Made by a program: the position numbers and the translations under genes. The notes beneath the pieces are model-generated. The model was not told where the DNA came from, searched no databases, and was given only the letters and a program-made list of their open reading frames with translations. A DNA stretch of 64,000 bases, from positions 15,274 through 79,273 of IMG/VR virus record IMGVR_UViG_3300011338_000371, one strand, 5' to 3'. The stretch's first letter is position 1, and each line of letters begins with the position of its first letter. Shown here piece after piece: positions 27,337-40,400 of this stretch. Source of the stretch: a virus (Duplodnaviria; Caudoviricetes).

Positions 27337-29706
27337 ATGTTAAGAAACAGACTTTTTAAAAGATTCGCTAAGGATGGTATGTCAGAACCTGTAGACAAGT
27401 TGTCTAATGCAGGTTTAGATCCTATCCAGCAGTATCCAACTATTGAGGAGATAGCTAGTAAACTAAAGCCTATTACTCCTGATATGATGGGAGTAGGTAC
27501 TCCTAAAACAAAAAAGGGATACGAAAAAAAGTTCGGAAAATTAAATATTTCTCCTGAAAGTTTTGAATCAGACTCTATATCTCCTATTCAAGAAAAGGGT
27601 TCTATTGGAGAGAGTATGTCAAATGACATGCTTACCCAAGAGGATATGCTTACTATAGGTGAGTACCAAACAACTACTCCTACTAGTATCCAAAAAGCAC
27701 AGCAAATAAGCGAAGAAGTTGCTTCTCAGTACAATCCACAGAAACAATTTAAGTTTCCTAAACTAGGTAAAGGTATTGGAGATGCTGCTACTCTAGGACT
27801 TTATGGAGTAGATGCAGCTCTTACGTATAATCAAGATTTAGAAAACCAACGTAAGTTTAACGAATCAATTCAACAAAGAAACTCTAAGCCTGAGTACTCC
27901 TACAATTTTATGTATGGTCCTACTACAAGTGGTGGTACAGAGTTTCAACCTACAATTAAAGCCGAAATGGGTGCAAAAATAAACAAGCGTTATGCTAGTG
28001 AAGGCATGAACGATGTAGAAATTGAAGGTGGAGAATATATCCAACTTCCTAACTTAGATACTGAATTAGCAGAAGGACCTTCTCATGCTAATGGAGGTAT
28101 TCCTACAAATCTTCCTGACCAAACTCGTGTCTATTCTAATAATTTAAAGCCAGAAGGTTCTAAGAAAACTTTTGCTCAGATTGCTAAGAACTACGACATT
28201 ACTCCATATAAGAAGACCTTAGAGAATCCTTTTGCTAAACAAGTAGATAAGGATACTGCAGGCTTAATGATGCAGCGTAATCAAAAGATACTTGACGAAT
28301 TGTTTAGAGACCAACAGTTAATGAATGGTAACTCTAATGGAGAGATGGAAGCAAAGAATGGAGCTAGTATTAATAACCCAGGATTTGAAGCTCTTCCTGG
28401 TTACGTACAGGCTAAGATTACTGCTAATATGAAAGATGGGGGTAAAAAGAATCCTCAACCAGATATTACAAGCCTTCCCCCAGAAATTCGTAGTTATGCT
28501 AAGTGGGACCCTACCTTTAAGAAAGAGGATGGTACACTTGGTGTTTACAGACTAGAGGTTCCATCTAACTTAGACTTTGATGCTAAGACTAACATTGCAA
28601 AGGCAGCAGAAAGTTACGGTATTAAAAATTTAGTACAGACATCTAACCAAAGAATTACAGGTTCTCCTAATGTTAAAGGATTTTATGCTGGATTGTCTCC
28701 ACAAGACTTTGAACAGAAGATTGTAAGAGAGAGACTAGGTAAAGAAGAAGCAGGTAAATTAAACGAATTAGATACTCGTAAGAAAGCATTTGAAATCTTA
28801 GGAGTAGATTCCGGTAGTTATGATATAAATGATCCTACCAAGCTTTACAATGATGACTACTTCAGGGAAAGTGTATTCTACCCTAAGTTCCAAAAGTATT
28901 TACCTGAAGGTCAATTTAGGCCTGTAAAAGGAAATGATAAAAGTTTTGGATTTGAGCACTTAGATGCAAAACCTATTACTCCAGAAAAACCACAAACTCC
29001 AGAAGGAGGTACGGATAATCCTGTGGAAGGAACAAAGATCAATGATGCAAGAGAGACTGTTAAGGGTAAATACACCCCAGGACAATTTCCTTTGTATCAA
29101 GCTATTCCTGAAGCTATGGGACTTGCTCAAGCACAAGAAATCTATCCTTATGCTATTCCTGAGATAGATGCTCCTTATGTCCGTCCTCAGACTTTGAATA
29201 TTCAGAGTGAACTTCAAGACATAGATAATATGGGTATAGCTGCTATTAGAAGTGGCGCTGATCCTAATATGGCTTATATTGCGGGCTTGGATGCTAAGCA
29301 AAAAGCTTTCCAGTCTAAACAAAACTACGATGCTCAAGCACGTTCTCAGGCAGATATGACCAATGCACAAGCAACAATGAATGCGGATCAATTTAATGCT
29401 CAGGCTTTTGATCGTGTTTATAATAACTTAGTAGGTCAAGCAAGAGATGCTCAGTCTGCAGAAAAACAAGCAGCTGTTGCAAGTTTAGTAGATAAAAAAG
29501 CTAAATTTGTACAAGACGAGAATCTTAAAGCTATGGGTATCCCTATTGTTGCACCTGGATTCAATATTACTTCAGAGGGTCAAATGACTCTTCCTGAAAA
29601 TATGAAAGCCGCTTTTGATTATTATAATTACATGAAGGCACAAGAGGATCAGTCAAATCCAAAGGCTACGGCTAAAAAAGGAATGTACAAAAAATCTAAA
29701 TATTAA
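27337..29706 (+). CDS. Virion cargo/ejection protein
   Basis: 789 aa; VEIEGGE...GPSHANGGI segment; several xxxG[GAM] motifs; Q/A-rich C-terminus; sits between muzzle and RNAP. Confidence 0.65.
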   Translation: MLRNRLFKRFAKDGMSEPVDKLSNAGLDPIQQYPTIEEIASKLKPITPDMMGVGTPKTKKGYEKKFGKLNISPESFESDSISPIQEKGSIGESMSNDMLTQEDMLTIGEYQTTTPTSIQKAQQISEEVASQYNPQKQFKFPKLGKGIGDAATLGLYGVDAALTYNQDLENQRKFNESIQQRNSKPEYSYNFMYGPTTSGGTEFQPTIKAEMGAKINKRYASEGMNDVEIEGGEYIQLPNLDTELAEGPSHANGGIPTNLPDQTRVYSNNLKPEGSKKTFAQIAKNYDITPYKKTLENPFAKQVDKDTAGLMMQRNQKILDELFRDQQLMNGNSNGEMEAKNGASINNPGFEALPGYVQAKITANMKDGGKKNPQPDITSLPPEIRSYAKWDPTFKKEDGTLGVYRLEVPSNLDFDAKTNIAKAAESYGIKNLVQTSNQRITGSPNVKGFYAGLSPQDFEQKIVRERLGKEEAGKLNELDTRKKAFEILGVDSGSYDINDPTKLYNDDYFRESVFYPKFQKYLPEGQFRPVKGNDKSFGFEHLDAKPITPEKPQTPEGGTDNPVEGTKINDARETVKGKYTPGQFPLYQAIPEAMGLAQAQEIYPYAIPEIDAPYVRPQTLNIQSELQDIDNMGIAAIRSGADPNMAYIAGLDAKQKAFQSKQNYDAQARSQADMTNAQATMNADQFNAQAFDRVYNNLVGQARDAQSAEKQAAVASLVDKKAKFVQDENLKAMGIPIVAPGFNITSEGQMTLPENMKAAFDYYNYMKAQEDQSNPKATAKKGMYKKSKY

Positions 29707-29709
29707 ACC

Positions 29710-31422
29710 ATGCCAATTTCAGCACAACATACTAAGTTTGAATACCCTGATTACATTTCTCCCTTACCAGCAGACGAGTTAATTAAGTTTGCTTCTAAGA
29801 AGCAAGAAATGTATGATGAGGGAGTAGCTAAAGTACAACAGAATATAGACTCTTATCATAGTCTCAGAAGTTCTATTCTTACTGATGTAGAGAAAGAATA
29901 CTTTGATAAGTCTATGGGTAATCTAGTTAAGGCTATTAGTAATAGTGCTGGACTTGACTTCTCAAACAAAGCAAACGTACAAGCAGTACTTAACATTGGT
30001 AAACCTCTAGAAAGAGACACTAATATAACAACTGCTATCTCTAATGGTAAAGAAGTAGCACGTAGACAAGAACAGTTGTCTAAGATGAAGCCAGGAGAAC
30101 GTAGTGTAGTTAACGACTTCTACTATATGAAAGACGTTAATGACTACATGCAAAGTGGTAAGTTGGGACAGAAGATTGGTTATGGTAAAGAGTATACTCC
30201 TTATGTAGATCTTTCTAAAGATTGGATGGAGTTTATGAAGACTCAAAAACCTAATCAAGATGAGTCGTTTAATATGCGTTCTGCTATGGGACCTGCTTAC
30301 ATTGAAAAGGTAACAGTAGAAGGATATAATACAACTGACCTAGCTAATAAGTTTAAGGCATTTATTGCTACTGATCCAAATAAATTGCGTCAGTTTCAGA
30401 TGGATGCAGGTTACAGTTTAGAGCAAGTAGGAAAAGATAATGCTTATCAAGGTTATGTAGAAGATATGCAAACTAAGGCAGCTACAGCAGGAGAAAATGC
30501 TAGAATGTTTAGGGAGGAAGCAGCTAGATTAGAAAGAGCATATAACACTACTGGATCAGCTACAGTTAAATCTCAGTTAGAGCAGGCTAAACAAAAAGCA
30601 ACTTACTACGAACAATCTAGATTACTTGCTGAACAGAAAGCATCTACTACACTAGAGGATTTTGACTTAGGGGAGTACATGGAAATCTACCAAGATAAGT
30701 TTGCTACCAACATGGGTAACATGTACGCTAGTCAAAAGGTAAGTAGAGATCTTATCAGCAACGAGTACTGGAAGGAAGCTAGAGCAGATGCTAGACAGAT
30801 GCAAAAGATTAACGCTGACAGAAAGACTGCAATTGATATTAATAACTTAAACCAAAAAATAGATTTTCAAGTTGATACTTCCGTAATTAAACCTTTGTTA
30901 CAGAATGCTAAAGGAATTCAAGATGCTATTTCTTATATGGGCAAGATGGCGGAAGCATCAGGAGATGGAGGAACAGCAAATAACATGAAGAATGTAACTC
31001 AAGACATGGCTTTAGCTTTTACTAATACTGGACCTAAACAGTTGTTTTACTTAGAACAAGCTATATCGAGACTTCAAGATACAAAAATTCCTTTTAAATA
31101 CAAACAAGCTTTAGTAGATTTATTTACAGAAGGAAGAAACGATATAGACTTTACAACTCTTAGGGCTAGAATGATGAAAGATTTAAATAGTATTCGTACT
31201 AAAATATCTACAGTAAAAGGAGATGACATTTATTTACCTGCGGGAACAGGAGGTAATCTTAGTCAAACTTTAGGAGGAATGAGTTCATTTAACTTCGTTA
31301 CTAATGCAAAAGACTTAGAAGGTTTTTATGTAGGGGCTCCTGATATAAGTATATCTGCTAAAGATGATGCCACTGGAATTACAAAGACTACTAAGTATAG
31401 TTCTGACATAGATAAAAAGTAA
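29710..31422 (+). CDS. Virion cargo/ejection protein
   Basis: 570 aa helical protein; YISPLPADEL...KQEMYDEGVAKVQ N-terminus; precedes the virion RNAP. Confidence 0.65.
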   Translation: MPISAQHTKFEYPDYISPLPADELIKFASKKQEMYDEGVAKVQQNIDSYHSLRSSILTDVEKEYFDKSMGNLVKAISNSAGLDFSNKANVQAVLNIGKPLERDTNITTAISNGKEVARRQEQLSKMKPGERSVVNDFYYMKDVNDYMQSGKLGQKIGYGKEYTPYVDLSKDWMEFMKTQKPNQDESFNMRSAMGPAYIEKVTVEGYNTTDLANKFKAFIATDPNKLRQFQMDAGYSLEQVGKDNAYQGYVEDMQTKAATAGENARMFREEAARLERAYNTTGSATVKSQLEQAKQKATYYEQSRLLAEQKASTTLEDFDLGEYMEIYQDKFATNMGNMYASQKVSRDLISNEYWKEARADARQMQKINADRKTAIDINNLNQKIDFQVDTSVIKPLLQNAKGIQDAISYMGKMAEASGDGGTANNMKNVTQDMALAFTNTGPKQLFYLEQAISRLQDTKIPFKYKQALVDLFTEGRNDIDFTTLRARMMKDLNSIRTKISTVKGDDIYLPAGTGGNLSQTLGGMSSFNFVTNAKDLEGFYVGAPDISISAKDDATGITKTTKYSSDIDKK

Positions 31423-31442
31423 CTGTACATTTTATAATTACC

Positions 31443-31450
31443 TATATTTG
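31443..31450 (+). promoter_or_regulatory. TAnnTTTG -7 box upstream of the virion RNAP gene
   Basis: TATATTTG in the intergenic gap; no TTG at the expected -33 spacing. Confidence 0.5.
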
Positions 31451-31477
31451 TTTATACAATATTTAAATAACTATTAA

Positions 31478-34400
31478 ATGCCACAAAATCCTATAATTGA
31501 ATCCCTTAAAAAAGAAGGGTTATATCCTACTAGTCAACCAACTTCCTCGCCTATTAGAGAATTATTAGGTTCTTCTGCTCAAGCAGTAGCAAGAGCTAGG
31601 CAAGCTGCAGCTCCTTTTCAAGCACAGTTGACTATTGGTAAGGGGGTAGAAAGTATTTTGGAGGGAGATATAAAAGCTAACGCAGCAGACATAAACTCTT
31701 CCTATAGAAACATTACAGGAGACTCAGGTGCTTATGCTATACCTAACCTAGAACTTGACTTAGATACTAAAAATGAGTTGAAGGAATCTGCTAATGTATT
31801 TAATAGAATACTTAGAGAAGGTACAGTAGAGGAAAGTCAAAAAGCTTTAAAGGAACTAAGAGATAAGTTTAATCGCATATCAGACTCTAGTTTAAGTACT
31901 AAAGAAAAAGACGCACTTAGAAAATCCTATACCGAATTAGTAGATAGAGTTGGTCAAATTAATACTTACAAAGCTGCTAAGAAAGAAGCAGATTCGTTTT
32001 TCTCTGAAAACTCATTGGAGGAAAGAGAGAGGATGTTAGCTAACCCTAATCCTAACCAAAGACTTTCTCTAAGTATTAAATCTAAACAAACTAGAAACGC
32101 TGACATTCTTAATAACCTAGCTGATTTTGAATCTAATAAAGTAGGTTCAAGATTATATAATGAAGAAGATCTAGCAACTTTTAAATCTACTTATGTAAAG
32201 ACTGATGATGATCTATACGCTGGTATGGAGATGCAATACAACTACGCAATGAAAAATGCGGTAGATGAAAAAGTAGCAAACTATCAGAAACAAATTTCAG
32301 ACCTTGATGCACAAATCAAACAGTCTGTAAATCAAGAAGAGAAGAACGCCTTAGCTTTACAAAAAGCAAACGTAAGTAAAGAACTTAACTACTCTAAAAA
32401 CTTAAGTAACAAACTAAAGCCATATACTATAGAGGATAACTACTTAAAACAGTTTTATCCAGAGCAGTATACTCGTAAGAAGGAAAGAGAGAAGCAGGAA
32501 GTATACAGAAATGAAATGTGGGCTCAAGGAGATCAAGGTTCTGTAGGAGAAACTCTCTATAGGTCAGGTCAGCAAATTAAATCTAATTTCCTTAAGCAGG
32601 TATCAGGACTAGCTTACCTTGCTGGTGCCAACGAGCTAGGTTATCGTATTAAGTCAGGTGCAGAGTATGCAGCTCCTCCAACATATTTTGTAGGTAAAGA
32701 CTTAAACAAAAACAACAAGATTGATGACTCTGAGATTACTCGTGACATTCACGGTAACAGGGTAACTATGAGTCAGGTAAGTTGGACAGATAAAAATGGA
32801 AAGAAGACCTGGAACTTATGGTCTCCAGTAGAACAAACACTTCCTATCCTAACAGATGTACTTTTGACTGTTGCAATCTCTAAAGGATTAGGAGCTGCTG
32901 GAAGAGGTGCAGGATGGACATATGGAAAAATAGGAACAGCTGCTGGATTAAGTGAGGCAGGTACAGCTAGCTTTGTAAAGAACTGGGCACCAAGAATCTC
33001 AACTATGGGAATAACTTCTGCAACTACTTTTCCTAGATTCTACGCAGAAGAACGTTCTAATTTTAAAAATGGAGATGCTGCATTTAAAGTAGCATTGATG
33101 AGGGCAGGAGTAGAAGGTCTTACAGAATCTCTTGTACCTGACGTTAAGTTATTTGACGGTAAGATTGCTTATGGTGCATTGGATGGAGCTTTTGCTAAAC
33201 TAGGTAAACTAGATCCTGCAAGTTTAAGTCGTTTAACTACTCAAAGAGACCTACTTTTAGGACTGTTACCTAAGGGAGCATTGAGTCCTACTAAGGCAGC
33301 TATGTTGATGGCCCCTGCTGCAATACGCAGAACTTTGTCAGGAGCATCTCAGGAGTCTATAGAAGAAATAGGTTCACTTGTAGGAAATTACTTTGTAGAT
33401 AAGTATGCTTCTTCTCAGAACTTTGAGGTAGAAGAAACTAATCAAATTACTTGGGACTCTTTCTGGGACACAGTCGTAGAAGGGTTTATTCCTTCTTTGT
33501 TCATATCAGCTGGAAGTACCTATAAAGCTAAGGATTTATTAAGAAAAGAGAGACTTGATCAAGCAAGGTGGAATGTTGCAAACAACCCTGAAAAGTACAA
33601 ACAGCTTATTGCTAACAAAGTACAATCAAATAAGTTAACTAAAGAAGAAGGATTAAAGCAAACAGCCGCAGTAGACAATTTATCTAGAAGACTGGATTCT
33701 ATTCCTGAAATGAAGAATATTAAGAATCTAACAAACCTATTAGATGACAAAGAACTTCAGTTTAGCCATTTTAATAATAAGTTGTTTCAAGAGGACTTGT
33801 TGAATGTAGATACCACTCAATTGTCTCCAGAACAATTAAAAGAATACGAAGACTCTTTAGCTAAGACTAGCAAAGAGATTCTTACTACAAAGAAACTTGC
33901 TGACAAATATGCTGGCTTAGAGGAAACAGATAAAAAAGCAATTATCTCTAAGTTGTTTGATAGTCAAGCAAAAGCAGCAATAAGTCCTGAAACCAGACTT
34001 ACATCTTTGTTGGGTATAGCAGAACAAACAAGACAATCTTTATTGAGTGTACCTGTAGGGGATGAGAGATACGAGTTTGTAAATGAGCAATATAAGAAGT
34101 TTCAATCTGCAGTTGATGCAAACATTGTAGAAAGAGTAAACACTTTTAGAAGTACCCTAGAGACTAATCCAGAACAACTTACCTCTTTAGAGTTAGCATT
34201 AGCAAGAGATACCTTTATGCCTGCTCTTGATAGAATTCAAGGTATTGATGCTAAGTTTGAATTGCAGAACGCTCCATTAGTTGCTGAACAAGTTCAAGGA
34301 CCTAAGACCTACGATGAATCTGTTCCTCAGCTTATTAGGTCTATCCAAGAGGAGTTGGAGACAAGAATGCAATTAACAGGGGATGAGTTCCAAAGTGAAG

Positions 34401-37400
34401 TACCTAAGAACTTAAGAAATCCTGAAACTAAAAACATACAGGAGAGACAACTTGCAATTGCTGAGTTATCTGAGGATGAGTTGGCAACAGGAGAAATAGA
34501 AGAAGGTGCTCACGATCATTTAAACGATTTTCAGAGATTTGTTCTTGCTGCTGAATTAGAAGAACATAGAGCCCAAAAAGAACAGGACCCAAATACTACT
34601 ACTGATCTGCAGAATGATGTAGATGCTATTCACAACAATCTTTACAATATCTCTACTAGGGGATTATCTCGTGAAAACTCTAGAGCAAAGATTATTGAGA
34701 TGAATAAGATTGCTATGGAAGTAGCGCCTAACGTTCCTGTAGTCAACAACTTCTCTGCTACTCCTTCTGCACCCGCAGTGACTCCTAGTCCAGTAGTTAA
34801 TATTCCAGGAAGAAGAGATGATGTAGATCAAGATGTCTACAATGCGTTTATCCAGGACTTAGAAGACTTAAACGAAGTACTAAGTAATAACGAGATGGAT
34901 GACGAAGATAGGAAGATCTTTATCTCCCAAAGAAATACTGCTATCTATAACAACGTTTCTAATCTAGGAAGTGTTAATGAGGTAAGAAGCGCATTATTGG
35001 CTTTGTTCTCTAATCACGAAGCAGAAGTAGAGACTGTGTTTGATTCTATTAAAGCAGGTGTAGTAAATGTAAGTTCTTTAGATTTTATAAGTCCTGGAAG
35101 AAGGGATCTCCTAGAACAATTATTAACTCGCTTATCTAGCATCGAAGACTTATCGGAGAACCCTACTAATGTAGCTAATGAATCTGAAGTAACTAATACT
35201 CCTGATACTATAAGTAATGAGGTACTAGAAGAGTCAGGGATAGTAGATGAAGAAGATTCTGAGGTTGTGTTTAGTGATAACTTCGAGGTTAACCAAGACA
35301 AAGTAAATTCAGAGATCAAAGAAGTAAAGTTAAGAGCGATAGATGGCTTGTATCTTTCCATGCCTACTGTGGATTCTGTGACTGACAACTCTTATGATGA
35401 CTCTACTATTAACTTAGGTTCAGATATTATTACCTCCTACTCAGAAGATACACGTTCTGGTAAGTCTAGAGATATGAAAATACGGATTCAGTCTATGATG
35501 GGAATCTATAAGTTTATATTGAGTGATCAAGACTATGCAACAGTCGAAGAGCTTAGGCAGAAAAAGTCACTAAACGAAGAAGAGAAGGCTAGATTAGTTG
35601 AAGTTTTTAACAGACAACAAATTCCTTTACATGATAAGAGTTTTGTAAAAGCTGTATTGGCTAACCCTAAGTTGTTGGGGTCAGGTGTAGGAAGTGTGTT
35701 TGTAGACTCTAAGGGAGACCTTATTAAATTCAACCCCCAAGGAAGACCTACTTCTAACACTAATGGAAATATATTCGTTGCTTTACTTCCTACTTCAACT
35801 GCGAGTCCTAAGCTAAAAGAAATTAGGGCTACTGTAGTAAAAGGAAAAATAGTTACCTCACGTATTGAAGGGATTGTACCTGGTTTTAGCAAGGTTAGAC
35901 CATTGAGTCAGGCGGTAGGAGAGTCTATAGAAGTAATCACTACTCCTAATGAGATTGTGATTGAACGTCCAGGTGCACAAAAAAATTATGTACTTAAACC
36001 AGGTAGTGTACATTTATTAAAAGAAAATGTACGTAACCCTTATACAGGTGTTAATATTCCTACTAATGGTAATACTTTGCAAGTACTCGTTAATGCTTTT
36101 AACGAAGGTACTTTGCCTACTACCATAGATGAGTCTATTAGAACTAATGCTGCTGCCTTTTTAGAGTATTTAAGCCAGCAGATAAACTCTGTTTATATTA
36201 AGGGCATTAAGGAGGGAAAGCAAACCACAGGAATCAGATTCTTTAAGAAATCAAATCTTTACTTGTGTGCAACTGCTTCACAAAAACTCATAGTGAAGTA
36301 TGTAGAAGTTGGAGAAGACGGTAAGAATTATTATAGAAACTCTCAAAATCAACAAGAGGATTTGCTTAAGATGGGTGAGACTTCTTATAAGTTAGTAAGA
36401 GACTCTTTGGTAAAACAAAATAAACCTTACCAAGCATTAGTTGTAAATAAAAATAATGAAATAACTACTAAAAACTTTGATACCTATACAGACTTTATTA
36501 AGAGTCCTGAGTTTGGTGCAACCTTCTTAAGAGAAGAGAGTAGAAGTCTTTCATTTAGTCCTGACTACGAAGTATCTGACAACCCTACAGTAGATGTAGT
36601 AAACGATAACATTAACGTTATTCCTGAACCTATTGCTGCCCATGCTCAATCTATAGATACTAAAGTTGGGGTAGAAAAAGAATTATTTTCAGAAACTGAT
36701 AATAAAGGAAGAACTTATACTTATTATTCTACTTCAACAGAAAAAGATGGCAGAATAAAAACCACATTTACTTTTAACAGATCAGATAAAGATGCTTCTC
36801 AAAGAAGCAATGCTGTATCAGGTGTTCCTGTAGAAAAAGCATTAGGAAATAAATATACTATTGATGAAGAATCTCTACCTGAAGAATCAAAAGTAGTTGG
36901 AGTAGTAGAGATTCGATTAACTGAAAATGGTGCTGGTGCCACTGTAACTGTTGAATCAGAAGGGCAAAGATGGCAAACTGAAGTTAAATTAAATACTAAT
37001 ACTACTTATAATGCAGAACTAGCTGCTTTAGGACAACCTACTCAACCTACTGGACAGCAACCTAGAAAAGTAAGAACTAGACCTACTTTGCTTCCTGACG
37101 ATATCAGTCCTATTGATCCAGAGTTTTTCAGAGAAAGATTGCTAGACAATCAAATTACTGAAAAACAAAATCAACAAGCAAAAGCCTGGGTAAGTAGTCA
37201 TCCTATATTTAAGAACACTCCATTCATCTTTGATAATACCATTGATCATCCTGAAGCTTACGCTGTATGGTCTAAGGCAGGTATCTTCTTATTTAAGGGA
37301 GCTAACTATGCAGAGGCTTACCATGAAGCATGGCACGAATTCTCTCAGCTTTATTTAACTCCTGAGCAGAAAGTTGCTTTGTATGCAGAAGCAAGAAAAG

Positions 37401-40400
37401 TTTACGGAGACTTGTCTTTCGTAGAACTAGAGGAAAGACTAGCAGAAGACTTTAGAAGTTTTGCTTTAAGTGGTGGAGTTACTATGCCTGAGGCTCTAAA
37501 GAAAGCAAAGGAATCTAAATCTATCTTTAAACAAATCTGGGACTTTATCTCTAATCTATTCTCTAATAAGAAGACAATAGATCATTACTTCTCTCGTTTG
37601 CATAAAGGTAACTTGACTCAGTTCAAACGTAACGAGTCTAATCAGTACTTTACTAAACTATACTCTGGTAAGTACAGTTATCAAGATTCTGAAGGAGTAA
37701 GTCACACTATGTCGTTCAAGGACTCAAAGGCTCTGTTAGATGACTTAGATAGTATTTACGTAAGTATTGCAAACAATCAATTTAAAGACAAAGGTATAAA
37801 CTTTGTAAACATTGTATCTAGTGGAAAGAATGCTAACATAGTTTATTCTTACATGGAGAAGTCTTTGTTCAATGACTATGAGGCACTTACAAAAGAATAT
37901 GAGAAAACAAACAATCAATCTTTAATTCCTAAGATAAACCAACTTGTAGACTTACTAGATAACTTTCAATCTGCAGCACAGTTTCATAAACTTAACTCTA
38001 GCATCTTTGAGGACAATATCAAAAGGCAGATATTGGATGAGCGTATTGAAGAGTTTGAAAAAGTAAACTCTGAATTTGCATCATACGAGGCTAGCGTGAA
38101 TGAAATGTCAAATAAGCAGTTAGCCTCACAAGTATTGGTTAATGCTCTTAGAACGCTTCCTAAGTATGAAAATGGACGTATGGTATTCCATCCTATATAT
38201 GGAACAACAATACTGAGCGATTTTAATACTAACTGGAACATTCTTCAACGTAGGTTATCTGGAACAAATTCTTATGCAGACCTATATAGTCGTGTAGAAG
38301 AGATTGCAGAAGAGTATCCTCAATTCAATCAATTCCTCCAATATCTTCCAGCACCAGACAGTTCTATTGCTAGAACAAGCAGTATGAACTTTAAGAATGA
38401 ATTCTTTAGTTTGTTTAGCATGCCTTACATTGAGGGTTATACTGCAAACATTAAAAGAGATGAGGAAGGTAACATATCTGAAGTACGAGTATTCCAAGCA
38501 AACTCTTTGGATTCTCTAAACATCCGTAAAAAGTACGACCTAGACTTCTCTCTTACTAGTACTCCCTATACAGCAAGGAACGAAGAGACAGGAACTTTCT
38601 ACTTAAATACACAAAAGTACTTTGGTAATTTCCCTGGTGTGCCTCCTGCTCCTAAGGATCAAGAAGACTACAGAGACTACAACCAAGCGTTGTATAATAT
38701 GTTGACTCCTCTAGGATTCAATCTTAGTCCTGCAGCAGTAGAGTTGTTCCTAAATGAAGATGCAACTATCCAGGAAAGCAGAGTTAGACTTATTTACGAA
38801 AAGCTATCTTCACTTTCTCAGGTAAAGAAGTACATAATGTCTCCTCTAGCAGATTTGTCTATTGAGCATGAGGTATCAACACCTAAGGGCAAAAAGAAAG
38901 TAGACGGAGAAAACAGAAACATTTCTGCAATCATTCAGTACGAGGTACAAGCAAATCCTGAGTATGTAGATGACATGCGTTATAATGCAGACCAAAAACA
39001 AATATGGTCTGTTAACCAACACACGTTTATGAGTAAGGTACTTGGTGTACTTAACGATTCACTCCTTTATCCTACTATAGATAGTGTGTATGAAGAGTTG
39101 CCTCACCTTAATCCTAAGAATAACCCAGGTGTACAAGGATCATTTGTATTAACTTACTTATTTAATAATGGCGGTAATCGTATCCTAGATAAAGTTGGAA
39201 ATCAACTTGTTCCACGTAAAGTAGAGTTAGGAAACTTGTTAGGTATTAAGACTAGCTACGAAGGTGAGAAGACTATTGATGCAAATGAATCTAAGAAACA
39301 CTATGTAGATATTATTGGATTGACTCGCTACGGTGTAGAAGAGATTAACCGTTTAAGTGGTAAGTCTACTACAAGAGCCTTAGTACTGGAAAGAAAGTTA
39401 CGTGAGCATATTGGACTACAGGTAGGAAATAATGAAGCTGATGCTTTTTCTGTACATAACGGAGTTCCTACTGAATTGTTTAATAGTATCATACTTCCAT
39501 TAATTAAGTCAGAGGTAGATGTTACCCTTAAAAACTCTTCTAAGTACAGGATTGCTGCTTATGATGAGGACTCTAGTCCTAAGTTGGCTTACTTCCATAA
39601 AATATTTAATGCTGGACAAAGAACAGCTTTACTTAATGCCTTTAAGTCTCCAGAACCTGGAAAGAGTTTAAAAGACATTTTTGAAGGAATGCCCGAATAC
39701 AAAGACATCTTAACCAGATTTAACTTCTACATAAGGGCACAGGCAAATAAGTCTAAGGCAATCTTAGGGAATGACTACGCACTTACAACTCCAGAATTGA
39801 TGAAGTATCACTTCTTTTCTGCTGTGTCTCGTATTGAACAACATAAGATATTCTTTAATCATCCTTACTATTACAAGAACCCTAAAGACATTGAAAAGCG
39901 TTTAAGTGCTTGGAATGCCTTTGGTAGTTATGCTACCTTAGATTTGCAGAATCTAGAATACTTGACTTCTAATAAGTCTGGTTTGACTATGTATTCTGGT
40001 AGGGATGCTTTCCAAGCCTATGCTAACAAAACAGGAATCAAAGTTAATCCTAATAGAGCTAATGCTGATCAGATCTCTTATTTAGTTTTAAAAGATCAAT
40101 CAGTTAAGTCTTTTACTGCAGCTAAGAGCAAAGCATACGGTAACAGTAAGCAAGCATATGCTAATAACCAAAAAGCAGCTAAACAAGATGCTGCGGCTTT
40201 TTGTACTCTAGACTTCTTCCGTAAATTTTATGCTTTGACTAAGTCAGGTCTTACTCCTGAAATGATAGAGGAGTTTAAGAGACAGGATGCTATCTACAAG
40301 AAACACTTAGAGATCAAAACTGCTCCTGAGTACGAACAAGAGGTACTTAAGAAAGAATTGTTAGATTTATTAAATCAAGGACCTTTCTATAAGTTTACTA

